A stretch of 36,388 nucleotides of DNA from Desulfobacterales bacterium. Its GTDB lineage: Bacteria; Desulfobacterota; Desulfobacteria; Desulfobacterales; C00003060. Positions 28,006-36,388 of the stretch are shown here, piece by piece. Within the stretch, counting starts at the first letter, position 1; the number at the start of each line of letters is the position of its first letter. Position numbers and translations under genes: made by a program. Below the pieces are notes generated by a model. That model was not told where the DNA came from, made no database searches, and saw nothing but the letters and a program-made list of their open reading frames with translations. Location: positions 1 through 36,388 of the forward strand of contig JAUWXJ010000003.1 in NCBI GenBank assembly GCA_030616425.1, given 5' to 3'.

Positions 28006-28281
28006 TTTTAACTTCCCCTAAGGCTAACAGTTATTATGTGGAAATCTGTCTATCCCAACAACAGCGTATTCAATATAGCACAATATTTAGTGCCTAACAC
28101 CTTGATCGAGAATTGCAGATTGCTTGCCATTATCAAAACTATTGGAAATGTCATGATATGAAAAGCACATCGAAATCTCAACGACCTTTTCCCTCCCCAG
28201 CGTCTGATCGTATTATTCTACCCGTGGACTGTGATCAAAGTCTCCACATAATATTGTAAGATCAAGTTTATCCTGTCACAG

Positions 28282-28809
28282 CTAAAGCTTTCTCGTTCTG
28301 GCATGGCTCTTACGCTCACGCTTAGACCTGCGGTGTGAAGGGCCCTTCTTCCTTGTTGTAGGCGTCCACCCTCCGCCTTCTCTATCTGAAAAATCGGCCT
28401 GATTCATATCAGGGTGCACCGCCATCTTCATCTTGTTTTCAAACTCTATTGACTCTATGGTTGCCGCCCCGTGCTTGGCAGCAAAATCAGCAATCTCCCT
28501 GTCGGAAGTAACTACAACAGACCTCTCCCGTTCCCGGATTACTATGCGCTTGATGACACTGTCGGCCGACTCCCCTGGTCGAGAAAAGAGAATATGGATC
28601 CCTCTCCTGCGGGTTCTTCGTTCCATATGGGTGTCGGCATCTGCCCCGTCAAAGACAACCGTAATGGGGTGATGTTTGAGCCTTTTGTAGGAAGCTATAC
28701 ATTCGAGAAGGGCATCCCGACCTTCTTCCAAGCTACGGCGCTCTATGACACTAAAGGTTAGGGACTGACGGATCAGGTTGTACCCGTCTATCACGATGTG
28801 AAGGGACAT
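28282..28809 (-). CDS. NYN domain RNase (YacP/Rae1-like)
   Basis: IDGYNL, VVFDG, SADSVI, VVTSDRE. Confidence 0.9.
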   Translation of the reverse strand: MSLHIVIDGYNLIRQSLTFSVIERRSLEEGRDALLECIASYKRLKHHPITVVFDGADADTHMERRTRRRGIHILFSRPGESADSVIKRIVIRERERSVVVTSDREIADFAAKHGAATIESIEFENKMKMAVHPDMNQADFSDREGGGWTPTTRKKGPSHRRSKRERKSHARTRKL

Positions 28810-28818
28810 GGAAGGTCG

Positions 28819-29682
28819 TTACGAGGTCTTCAGCCGGGCAATCAGCCGGTCCAGATCCTCATTGCTGTAAAACTCAATTTCAAGCCTTCCCCGATCTCTC
28901 CGCCGTACGATACGCACCCTGGTGCCAAGGTGCCGGCTCAGATCATCAGCCAGGCTCTCAAGATAGATATCCTCTGACGTCCGAGCCCCTGCTCTCCGCG
29001 CCTTTGTTGGCTTGCGGTCTTTGAGTCTCTTGACTAGAGCCTCGGCAGCCCTGACAGAGAGATTCTGAGAAACGATGCGGCGCCAGACCTCTTTTTGCTG
29101 AGCAGGGCTTATAGCGCCCAGAAGCGCCCTTGCATGGCCCATGCTTAGGGTGTTGTTTATAATATCGGCCTGGATGGGCTTTGGCAGATTACGAAGCCGC
29201 AAGAAATTCGCTACGGTGGAACGATCCTGACTCACGCGCTTGGCTACCTCCTGCTGGGTGAGACCAAACTCTTTGATCAGGCGATAATACGCATCAGATC
29301 TCTCCAAAGGATTCAGGTCTTTCCGTTGAGTATTTTCAACCAGAGCTATCTCCAGCATTTCGGCACCAGAAACATCCTTGACGACCACCGGAACCTGTTT
29401 GACACCAGCCATACGAGCTGCCCGCCAGCGACGCTCGCCAACAATTAATTCATAGCCCGTGGAAACTCTTCGAACAACGAGAGGCTGAATAATCCCCTTC
29501 TCCTTGATGGAGCCCGATAAGTCCTTCAGCTCCTGGTCTGAGAAACGCCTCCTCGGCTGATACGGATTGGGCCGGATCAAATCAATATCACAGTAAAAAA
29601 AAGGCCCTGGCTCTAAGTCCGATACTTTCACGTCACCTATGAGGGCATCGAGCCCCCGGCCCAACACCTGTTTCTTAGGCAT
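28819..29682 (-). CDS. parB: Chromosome partitioning protein ParB/Spo0J
   Basis: LGRGLDAL, PNPYQPR, GERRWRAA, EN.QR.DL, HTH, GHARAL. Confidence 0.95.
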   Translation of the reverse strand: MPKKQVLGRGLDALIGDVKVSDLEPGPFFYCDIDLIRPNPYQPRRRFSDQELKDLSGSIKEKGIIQPLVVRRVSTGYELIVGERRWRAARMAGVKQVPVVVKDVSGAEMLEIALVENTQRKDLNPLERSDAYYRLIKEFGLTQQEVAKRVSQDRSTVANFLRLRNLPKPIQADIINNTLSMGHARALLGAISPAQQKEVWRRIVSQNLSVRAAEALVKRLKDRKPTKARRAGARTSEDIYLESLADDLSRHLGTRVRIVRRRDRGRLEIEFYSNEDLDRLIARLKTS

Positions 29683-30451
29683 ACCTTGTCCTCCATCCAT
29701 TCATGATTTCTTTGGCCAGGGATAGATAGCTCTGGGCCCCCCGGCATGTAATATCGTAAAGGAGTATGGGCTTTCCAAAACTGGGGGCTTCTCCTAGTCT
29801 TACGTTTCTCGGGATACGTGTCTTGAAAACCAGATTCTTGAAGTATTTCTCGGCCTCTTCGGCAACCTGATGCGAAAGGTTATTTCGCCTGTCGAACATG
29901 GTCAGGAGCACCCCTTCAATGACGAGCCGAGGATTCAGGTGCGTCTTAACCCGCTTGAAGGTTTGAAGAAGCTGGCTGAGACCTTCCAAGGCATAAAATT
30001 CACACTGCATGGGGATCAACAAAGTGTGGGCCGCAGTCAGGGCATTTACAGTAAGAAAGTTAAGGGAAGGGGGACAATCAAGCAGTATGTAGGCATATTG
30101 GTCAGCGAGGGGTCTTAGGAAATTCCGGAGGAAGCTCTCCCGATTTGGCTGCGAGACCAACTCCACCTCGGCTCCAATCAGGTCAATACTTGCGGGAAGG
30201 ACCTTTAGATGAGCCAGGTCCGTATCTACCACAAGCCCCTCAATGGATTCCTTTTGAATCAAGCCATGATATAGGCTCTTAGACAGCTCAGCCTTGTTTA
30301 TGCCAACACCGGTAGTAGCGTTCCCCTGGGGATCGCAGTCAACGAGCAGGGTCTTTCGCTCGGCCACAGCAAGGGCGGCGCTAAGGTTTACCGCGGTGGT
30401 GGTTTTGCCCACGCCCCCCTTTTGATTTGCTATGCAAATAATGTGACTCAT
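29675..30451 (-). CDS. parA: Chromosome partitioning ATPase ParA/Soj
   Basis: NQKGGVGKTT, DPQGNAT, DCPPSL, QCEFYALEG, IPRNVRL.EAPSFG; start MSHII at 30451. Confidence 0.95.
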   Translation of the reverse strand: MSHIICIANQKGGVGKTTTAVNLSAALAVAERKTLLVDCDPQGNATTGVGINKAELSKSLYHGLIQKESIEGLVVDTDLAHLKVLPASIDLIGAEVELVSQPNRESFLRNFLRPLADQYAYILLDCPPSLNFLTVNALTAAHTLLIPMQCEFYALEGLSQLLQTFKRVKTHLNPRLVIEGVLLTMFDRRNNLSHQVAEEAEKYFKNLVFKTRIPRNVRLGEAPSFGKPILLYDITCRGAQSYLSLAKEIMNGWRTRYA

Positions 30452-30653
30452 TGAAAACCTTACCCTCAACAGCCCGATACAAAATAGGCTGCAAACTCGA
30501 ACCAAGAACTGGAAACGTTTCCTACCATAAAACCGGCCTTTTTCAAAGTAATAACCCTCCGGTCAACAGAAAGAGGGCTCGCACGTTTTCCTTGATTTAT
30601 TCATTGTCCACGAATATGCTAAAATAAAGTGCATTTAGGGGCTTCGCCCCAAT

Positions 30654-30763
30654 TGGAGTATTGGAACAATGGGTTTAGAGAAATATAAAAAATAATCTTT
30701 TGGCGCAAAGCTTCACCCCGTGTCCGCTTTTTCCACCCACTACTCCAGTACTCCAACACTCCA
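30654..30763. repeat. 8-bp CCAxxACT micro-repeats in inverted arrangement
   Basis: TGGAGTATTGGAACAATGG faces CCACTACT-CCAGTACT-CCAACACT-CCA. Confidence 0.55.
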
Positions 30764-30842
30764 TCTGAATGGCATAAATCAAGCGCCACCCAAAAATCTA
30801 TAATTTCAAAGTGTTATGGGAATCCCGAGATTCAATTATACC

Positions 30843-32285
30843 ATGCGTCTTACAAGAATAGCCATAGTCGCACTTCTCATAACAGTAATTGCGATAGGGG
30901 GGGTGTCTGAAGCCTATCCATCTCCCTCGTCTCATATTTACTTGACAACTAAGCAAGAAAGGAAGCTCGGCAGGAAATTCATGCTCTACGTGAAGAAACA
31001 CTGCGAGCTCATTGAAGATCCTTTTGTCGTGAACTATGTCGACAGGATAGGCGAGCACATTGTGGCACAGCTTCCGGCCCCGCCCTTTGATTTTCATTTC
31101 TACATCATCAAGGAAGATGTTTACAATGCCTTTGCAGCTCCTGCAGGCCATGTATTCATCAACAGTGGGCTCCTTAATGCCATGGAGAGTGAGGAAGAAC
31201 TAGCTGGTATACTCGCCCACGAAGTTGCCCATGTGTTGTGCCGCCATATCTCAAAACAGATAGAACGGTCCAAGAAAATAGGACTCGCTACGCTGGCAGG
31301 GGTGTTGACAGGGATCTTTCTAGGTGGAAGTCCCACGGCCACAGGTGCTATCACCTCGAGTTCCATTGCAGCCGGCAAGTCTCTTTCCCTAAAGTACAGC
31401 CGTGAGAATGAAACTGAGGCCGACCAGGTCGGACTTAAATACCTGACCAGGGCCGGATATGGAGGTGACGGGCTCCTGAAGATTTTGCAAAGAATACGCG
31501 CCAAACAATGGTTCGGCCCCCAACATATCCCCTCTTATATGAGCACCCATCCGGCCATTGAGACCAGGATGGCTTACCTTGACACCTGGATCCAGACCCA
31601 CCCCGAATCGTCCAAATCGGTTCGTGCTGTAGATCCGACATACTTCCGCAAAGTTCGCACCAAGCTGATCGCCCTTTATGGCGATACCCGAGCGGCCCAC
31701 AGCGAATTTGATTCCCAGCTCCGAAAAAACCCTGAAAATGCTATAGCATATTATGGCAAAGGGCTTGTTCTCGACCGAAATGGTAAGAAGAAAGAGGCAG
31801 TGGAAAACCTAAAAACGGCTCTGCGATTGCGCCCCTTGGACTCAGATATTCTGCGCGATCTAGGCAAGGCCTACTTTCACATGGGCGACTCTGTCAACGC
31901 CTTGAAGACTCTGAAGGCAGCCCTTGCCTTTAGTCCAAAAGACCCGGAAGGGCGGTTTCTCTTAGGACGAGCGCAAACGGAAATGGGGGATCTCCAAGGG
32001 GCTCTGGAGAGTTTCAAGACCCTATTGGACACCACGCCTGATTATTTGCCAGGCATCTATCACTTAGGACAAACCTACGGAAAGCTCGGCAACCTGGGAG
32101 AGGCCCACTACCACCTCGGGATTTACTATAAGGAAATAGGGCAACTCAAAAATGCGAAGTTTCACTTAAATCGTGCCCTCAATTTTCTAGCTAAGGGCAG
32201 CACAAGGAGAGTGGCCGTTGAGAAGATCCTCAAAAAGCTTTCAGGGGGTCAAGGGCACGATCGTAATGAGAAAAGTGCATGGTAA
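30843..32285 (+). CDS. M48 metalloprotease with TPRs (BepA/YfgC-like)
   Basis: Signal peptide, NAFA.P.G, LAHEVAH, YSRENE.EAD, STHP, C-terminal TPRs. Confidence 0.9.
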   Translation: MRLTRIAIVALLITVIAIGGVSEAYPSPSSHIYLTTKQERKLGRKFMLYVKKHCELIEDPFVVNYVDRIGEHIVAQLPAPPFDFHFYIIKEDVYNAFAAPAGHVFINSGLLNAMESEEELAGILAHEVAHVLCRHISKQIERSKKIGLATLAGVLTGIFLGGSPTATGAITSSSIAAGKSLSLKYSRENETEADQVGLKYLTRAGYGGDGLLKILQRIRAKQWFGPQHIPSYMSTHPAIETRMAYLDTWIQTHPESSKSVRAVDPTYFRKVRTKLIALYGDTRAAHSEFDSQLRKNPENAIAYYGKGLVLDRNGKKKEAVENLKTALRLRPLDSDILRDLGKAYFHMGDSVNALKTLKAALAFSPKDPEGRFLLGRAQTEMGDLQGALESFKTLLDTTPDYLPGIYHLGQTYGKLGNLGEAHYHLGIYYKEIGQLKNAKFHLNRALNFLAKGSTRRVAVEKILKKLSGGQGHDRNEKSAW

Positions 32286-34284
32286 AGGTTCCACGCCCCT
32301 GAGTGGCAGACCTAAGGTCCGTTGAATAGCCAAACATCTTGGACAAAGGTATAGTTCCGCTTATTATCTGTCTCTCACCCCTCCGGTGTAGGTATTCGAT
32401 TTTTCCTCCCCGGGCATTAATATCTCCGATCACATCCCCTATAAAGTCTAAAGGGACCAGGATCTCTACAGCCATGATTGGTTCCAACAGGACCGGTCTT
32501 GCCTTTTGAAGACCCTCTTTACAAGCCATGGAGGCAGCGACCTTAAAGGCCAAATGACTTGAATGAGATTCTTTGTACGTGCCACCAATCAGGACAATCG
32601 CTACATCCACAACAGGATATCCCAAGAGCACGCCACTCTCCAACGATTCCACGACACCCTGTTCAATGGCCGGAATGAACTCTGCTGGCAACGATTCATC
32701 AGGCGAGCTGTTTACAAACCAATTCCCCTTGCCACGCTCCCTGGGTGACAGCTCAAGTACTACCTCGCCGAAGTGACGAATCCCTCCAATCTCTTTTTCA
32801 AATATGGCAGATGCCTGAGCCGTCTGCTCCACGGTTTCCTTGCACACAACATGAGGCTTGCCCACATTAACTTGGGTATTGAATTCACGCTTTAGACGGC
32901 CCACCAAGATCTCAAGGTGAAGCTCTCCCATACCCGAGATGATAATCTGCCCGGTATCCTCATCATGCTCGACCCGAAATGTGGGATCCTCAGCCTCCAG
33001 CTTGCTTAAGGCCTGCTCAATCTTTTCCTGGTCTGTATGCGTTCTGGGCTCCACGGCCACAGAGATTACTGGTTCGGAAGCATCAATCGGTTCAAGCACA
33101 ATAGGGTTTGACGGATCACAAAGAGTGTCCCCAGTCACCGAGGCCTTCAGGCCCATGACTCCTACAATGTTCCCAACAGTTGCCTCACTGATACGCTCCC
33201 TCTTGTTGGCGTGCATAGCAAGAATTCTTGCCGCCTTTTCCTTTGTTTGTTTGCTTGGATTAAGAATTTCGTCACCCGTCTTCAGCCGTCCCGAATACAC
33301 CCGCACATAGCTTAACCTCCGGCCTTGGTCCATCAGGACCTTGAACACCAAAGCAGCCAGAGGTGATCCGTCTGAAGGATGGGCCTTCTTTACTTGCCCC
33401 GTGTTGGGATCGACCCCCTCCAAGGGTGGTACATCGAGAGGACTCGGAAGAAAGTCAACAATACCATCCAAAAGTGGCTGTATACCCCTGTTCCTGAGAG
33501 CAGCACCACAAAACACAGGAACAAGCTTCAGGCTAACGGTGGCCTTTCTAATGCTGGGAACAAGCACTTCGGAAGTCATAGGGGCTTCGGCAAGAAAGGC
33601 CTCCATTATTTGATCGTCAATCTCTGCCACTGATTCAATCAGTTTCTCACGATGCCTGGAGGCTGTTTCCATCAAGTCTTTGGGAATCTCTTCAACCCTG
33701 TAAGTTGCTCCCATGGTCTCCTCATCCCAGATAAGCTGTTTCATACTCACCAGGTCAATCACGCCTTGAAAGGAATCCTCGATCCCAACCGGTATCTGCA
33801 TTACGAGAGGAGTGGCCCCCAGACGATCAGATATCATTTGAACTGTTCCAAAGAAATCTGCACCGGCACGATCCAGCTTATTCACAAAAGCAATCTTGGG
33901 TACGCGGTGTTTGTCTGCCTGATGCCAGACCGTCTCTGACTGGGGTTGTACTCCCCCCACTGCACAGAATACGCCAACCACCCCATCCAAAACCCTGAGG
34001 GACCGCTCCACCTCAATGGTAAAGTCGACATGTCCGGGTGTATCAATGAGGTGGATCTCGGCACCCCTCCAGGGGCAAGTTGTCACTGCCGAGGTGATAG
34101 TGATTCCTCGCTCTTGCTCATACGGCATCCAGTCCATGATCGCTTCACCATCGTGTACTTCGCCCATCTTATAGGATCGGCCTGTATAGTAGAGTATACG
34201 TTCTGTGATAGTGGTCTTACCTGCATCAATATGGGCAATGATGCCAATATTTCGAATCTTGCTGATATGAGAGTTTTTTTTCAT
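32230..34284 (-). CDS. fusA: Elongation factor G (stand-alone copy)
   Basis: [47 protein letters not shown]. Confidence 0.95.
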   Translation of the reverse strand: MKKNSHISKIRNIGIIAHIDAGKTTITERILYYTGRSYKMGEVHDGEAIMDWMPYEQERGITITSAVTTCPWRGAEIHLIDTPGHVDFTIEVERSLRVLDGVVGVFCAVGGVQPQSETVWHQADKHRVPKIAFVNKLDRAGADFFGTVQMISDRLGATPLVMQIPVGIEDSFQGVIDLVSMKQLIWDEETMGATYRVEEIPKDLMETASRHREKLIESVAEIDDQIMEAFLAEAPMTSEVLVPSIRKATVSLKLVPVFCGAALRNRGIQPLLDGIVDFLPSPLDVPPLEGVDPNTGQVKKAHPSDGSPLAALVFKVLMDQGRRLSYVRVYSGRLKTGDEILNPSKQTKEKAARILAMHANKRERISEATVGNIVGVMGLKASVTGDTLCDPSNPIVLEPIDASEPVISVAVEPRTHTDQEKIEQALSKLEAEDPTFRVEHDEDTGQIIISGMGELHLEILVGRLKREFNTQVNVGKPHVVCKETVEQTAQASAIFEKEIGGIRHFGEVVLELSPRERGKGNWFVNSSPDESLPAEFIPAIEQGVVESLESGVLLGYPVVDVAIVLIGGTYKESHSSHLAFKVAASMACKEGLQKARPVLLEPIMAVEILVPLDFIGDVIGDINARGGKIEYLHRRGERQIISGTIPLSKMFGYSTDLRSATQGRGTFTMHFSHYDRALDPLKAF

Positions 34285-34342
34285 TGGTTATTCGTTATTC
34301 GGGCACGAAGTGAATCTTTTGGCGCAGGGTTGCGATTCACTA

Positions 34343-34912
34343 TTACTTGATCATGAGGATGTTTGGCCGAAAAGGAAATCGAATATCTACATGACCTGCT
34401 AGTGTTTTCGCCTCACGCCCCTCGATCAGGATTTTTACAGCCTCGATCTCCGGGATATTGAGGGATAGCGTGTTGACAACAGAAAATATCGTGAACAGCT
34501 CAGACAAGCTACCCCCGGGATGCTTCTCGCCAACGGCCCTGTCAAGATCTATATAGGCTGTACCATCCGCAGTTACATAAAGAGATAAAAGTCTTGTTTC
34601 GGCTGGAACGGTGGGCAGGAGTTCACCCTTTGGCCCCTCAATTAGGGCATGAAGCATACTTCTGGCGCGCTCAACCACACCGCCGTGTTGCACAAGGGTG
34701 CGCTCCTCAGCCTTAAGAAATCGATGATTAGCACCCAAAAAATAGAGGTGGGTCCTCACCTTGGCCGGTTTTGCGAGAAGCTTTCTCGGCCCTGGTTCAG
34801 GCTCCTCTTTTGCTCCTGTGGACAAAAAGACTTTGTAGCTATAGGCCAGGAGTCCTCCTGAAAGAATACAAAAGACAATCAGCGCTGCAAGACTATAACG
34901 TTTGATTTTCAT
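34343..34912 (-). CDS. GerMN domain protein
   Basis: N-terminal TM, LYF, LIEGP, SVVNTL...V.ILIEG...TL.GH.D. Confidence 0.85.
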   Translation of the reverse strand: MKIKRYSLAALIVFCILSGGLLAYSYKVFLSTGAKEEPEPGPRKLLAKPAKVRTHLYFLGANHRFLKAEERTLVQHGGVVERARSMLHALIEGPKGELLPTVPAETRLLSLYVTADGTAYIDLDRAVGEKHPGGSLSELFTIFSVVNTLSLNIPEIEAVKILIEGREAKTLAGHVDIRFPFRPNILMIK

Positions 34913-35235
34913 GTTCTCTATTTAGCTGCCTATTCCAGTGATTCCGGCTGCTGGCGCAAAAGTGTATCGACTACCTGTTCTGAGGAAAGCCCCTCTATCC
35001 CATCGGAGCGAAGTCCGTGTTCGACGAGCTGGTGTTAGGTTATTTGTCACAGGTGCTGGTCTGAGTCAAGGCTGAACATATTCTTCTTATCCAATTTGGT
35101 TGTTTGTTTCGCACTCGTTGCAAATGAGACAATAGAGGAGGCATCTGCACTGGTAAAATTCCAACTCATCTCTAGAATAGCTTTCAATACTCACTATCTA
35201 CAATCTTAGCAGAACAAGGGTTAGTAGAACCAAGA

Positions 35236-35282
35236 ACACTATATTTTGTGTTTTCTTGTCACAAAACCACAATATATGCTTG
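35236..35282. promoter_or_regulatory. Tandem NrdR-box-like operators abutting a TTGACA -35 element
   Basis: ACACTATATTTTGTGT (35236) and CCACAATATATGCTTG (35267), 31 bp apart; TTGACA at 35280. Confidence 0.5.
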
Positions 35283-35411
35283 ACACCTCTAGTTAATAGG
35301 GGTTAATAATTAAATGATTTAAGTAGAAAGAGTCTGCTTATGACAAGAAGTGGATAAATTCTTGTGAGTTCCGATTTGCAACTCTTCATCAAAAACAGCC
35401 ATCTTGGAAAT

Positions 35412-35501
35412 AAACGACTACCCGCACAGTGGGTGGTTTTGTTTTACGGAACGTCAGCTTCCATCGATTAAGTTTGCTCCCCGTGCAAAGCACGGGGTTT
35501 C
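35412..35501. mobile_element. Non-autonomous IS200-like miniature (two hairpin ends, no tnpA)
   Basis: ACTACCCGC-ACA-GTGGGTGGT and CCCCGTGC-AAA-GCACGGGG about 40 bp apart. Confidence 0.5.
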
Positions 35502-35661
35502 ATTGCAAACAATCAAAAATCTTTAACTACCACAGTATGGACCCTATTTCTACATGGTCATAACTGCATTGTTTAAATTTTAGGGTAATTGGTTAATACT
35601 CGTTGACTTTTTTTCAGCAATCATTTATATAGCTTGTGTATTGATATTTCAGGAGGGGCAT

Positions 35662-35940
35662 ATGAACAAAGCAGAGCTCATAGAGGCCCTGAGGGAGGAG
35701 ACTGGGTTAACAAGGAGCAAAGCCAAGGAGGTCGTTGAACTGTTTTTTGATGAGATGTCTGATGCACTGGCAAGTGGTGACCGGGTGGAGCTCCGTGGCT
35801 TGTGCTCGTTTTATGTAAAGGAGTATAAGGCATATACAGGTAGGAATCCCAAGACTGGAGAACCGATCCAGGTGAGGCCCAAGAAGTTACCTTTCTTTAA
35901 ATGCGGTAAAGAGCTGAAAAAAAAGGTGGATTATAAATAA
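35662..35940 (+). CDS. HU/IHF family DNA-binding protein (IHF-beta-like)
   Basis: MNKAELI, RVELRG..SF, GRNPKTGE, PFFK.GKELK; RBS GGAGG. Confidence 0.93.
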   Translation: MNKAELIEALREETGLTRSKAKEVVELFFDEMSDALASGDRVELRGLCSFYVKEYKAYTGRNPKTGEPIQVRPKKLPFFKCGKELKKKVDYK

Positions 35941-35965
35941 ACCTAAGAAAAGGAGGATACCGTAA

Positions 35966-36388
35966 ATGAAACAGTTGAAAAAGGATGTGCAGGCCGTAAC
36001 CAAGGAACTCAAGGCACTTGTAAAGAAGGCAGAAAGAGTGACAAAGGCGGTTGCCAAACTTGGGAAGGGTCAAGCTGCTAAGAAGCGTAAACCTAAGGCT
36101 AAAACTAAAGCCAGGAAAAAGGCCCCTGCAAAGAGAGCTGTTGCCAAGAGAAAAGCAGGTGCTAAGAAGAAAGTGGCTGCCAAGAAAAGAGTTGCCAGAA
36201 AGAAAGTTGCCAGAAAGAAAGTTGCCAAGAAAAAAGTAGCCAGAAAAAAAGTTGCCAAGAAAAAAGTGGCTAAGAAGAAAGTAGCCAAGAAGAAGGTAGC
36301 TAAGAAAAAGGCAGCTGGTTTGACCGCCACTGATAAGGTCCTGAGGATTATCAAGAGGTCGAAGAAGGGTGTTGATGCTCCCACGCTG
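35966..36388 (+). CDS. Histone H1-like Lys/Ala-rich protein with KKVA(K/R) pentapeptide repeats; runs off the window
   Basis: AGGAGG RBS at 35951; MKQLKKDVQAVTKELKAL...KKVARKKVAKKKVA...TATDKVLRIIKRSKKGVDAPTL; 15-bp degenerate tandem repeats at about 36166-36310. Missing from the ORF track. Confidence 0.85.
   Translation, partial: MKQLKKDVQAVTKELKALVKKAERVTKAVAKLGKGQAAKKRKPKAKTKARKKAPAKRAVAKRKAGAKKKVAAKKRVARKKVARKKVAKKKVARKKVAKKKVAKKKVAKKKVAKKKAAGLTATDKVLRIIKRSKKGVDAPTL

Noticed and set aside
30505-30640. parS site or replication origin near parAB
   Set aside because: Only GGAAACGTTTCC was seen, not the GTTTCACGTGAAAC consensus; no DnaA-box cluster (one 8/9 box near 35350) and no dnaA/gidA genes.
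36070-36384. Minus-strand ORF with FFLAT repeats and the 36051-36239 ORF
   Set aside because: Antisense and off-frame readings of the Lys-rich gene starting at 35966, which has the RBS.

Overview
Bacterial chromosomal window. Gene content and repeat families suggest Desulfobacterota (Deltaproteobacteria); this is inferred, not tested. Housekeeping genes (eukaryote-type UGPase, ilvE, hisF, parAB, stand-alone fusA, BepA-like protease, IHF/HU, a histone-like protein) are interleaved with four accessory patches. (1) 490-3923: a collapsed type III R-M locus. Only a Mod N-terminal stub and a Res C-terminal stub remain, and they enclose a JAB-less RadC N-domain gene followed by an 853-aa Zn-ribbon adenine methyltransferase fused to a PD-(D/E)XK-like nuclease. 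This is the best candidate for an undescribed defence system. (2) 12200-13100: an orphan hicB with a deleted hicA, a group II intron 3' remnant and short repeats. (3) 20096-25967: a sigma54-linked c-di-GMP module (REC plus degenerate GGDEF, a double-MshEN PilB/GspE ATPase, an HD-GYP protein). (4) 27028-28260: an integrase-less integron cassette carrying a Cap15-like TM/beta-barrel gene and a Cys-rich gene. Many IS200/IS605-like REP/MITE palindromes are present, some nested. No rRNA, tRNA or CRISPR array was seen. All family assignments come from motif recognition, not database searches.
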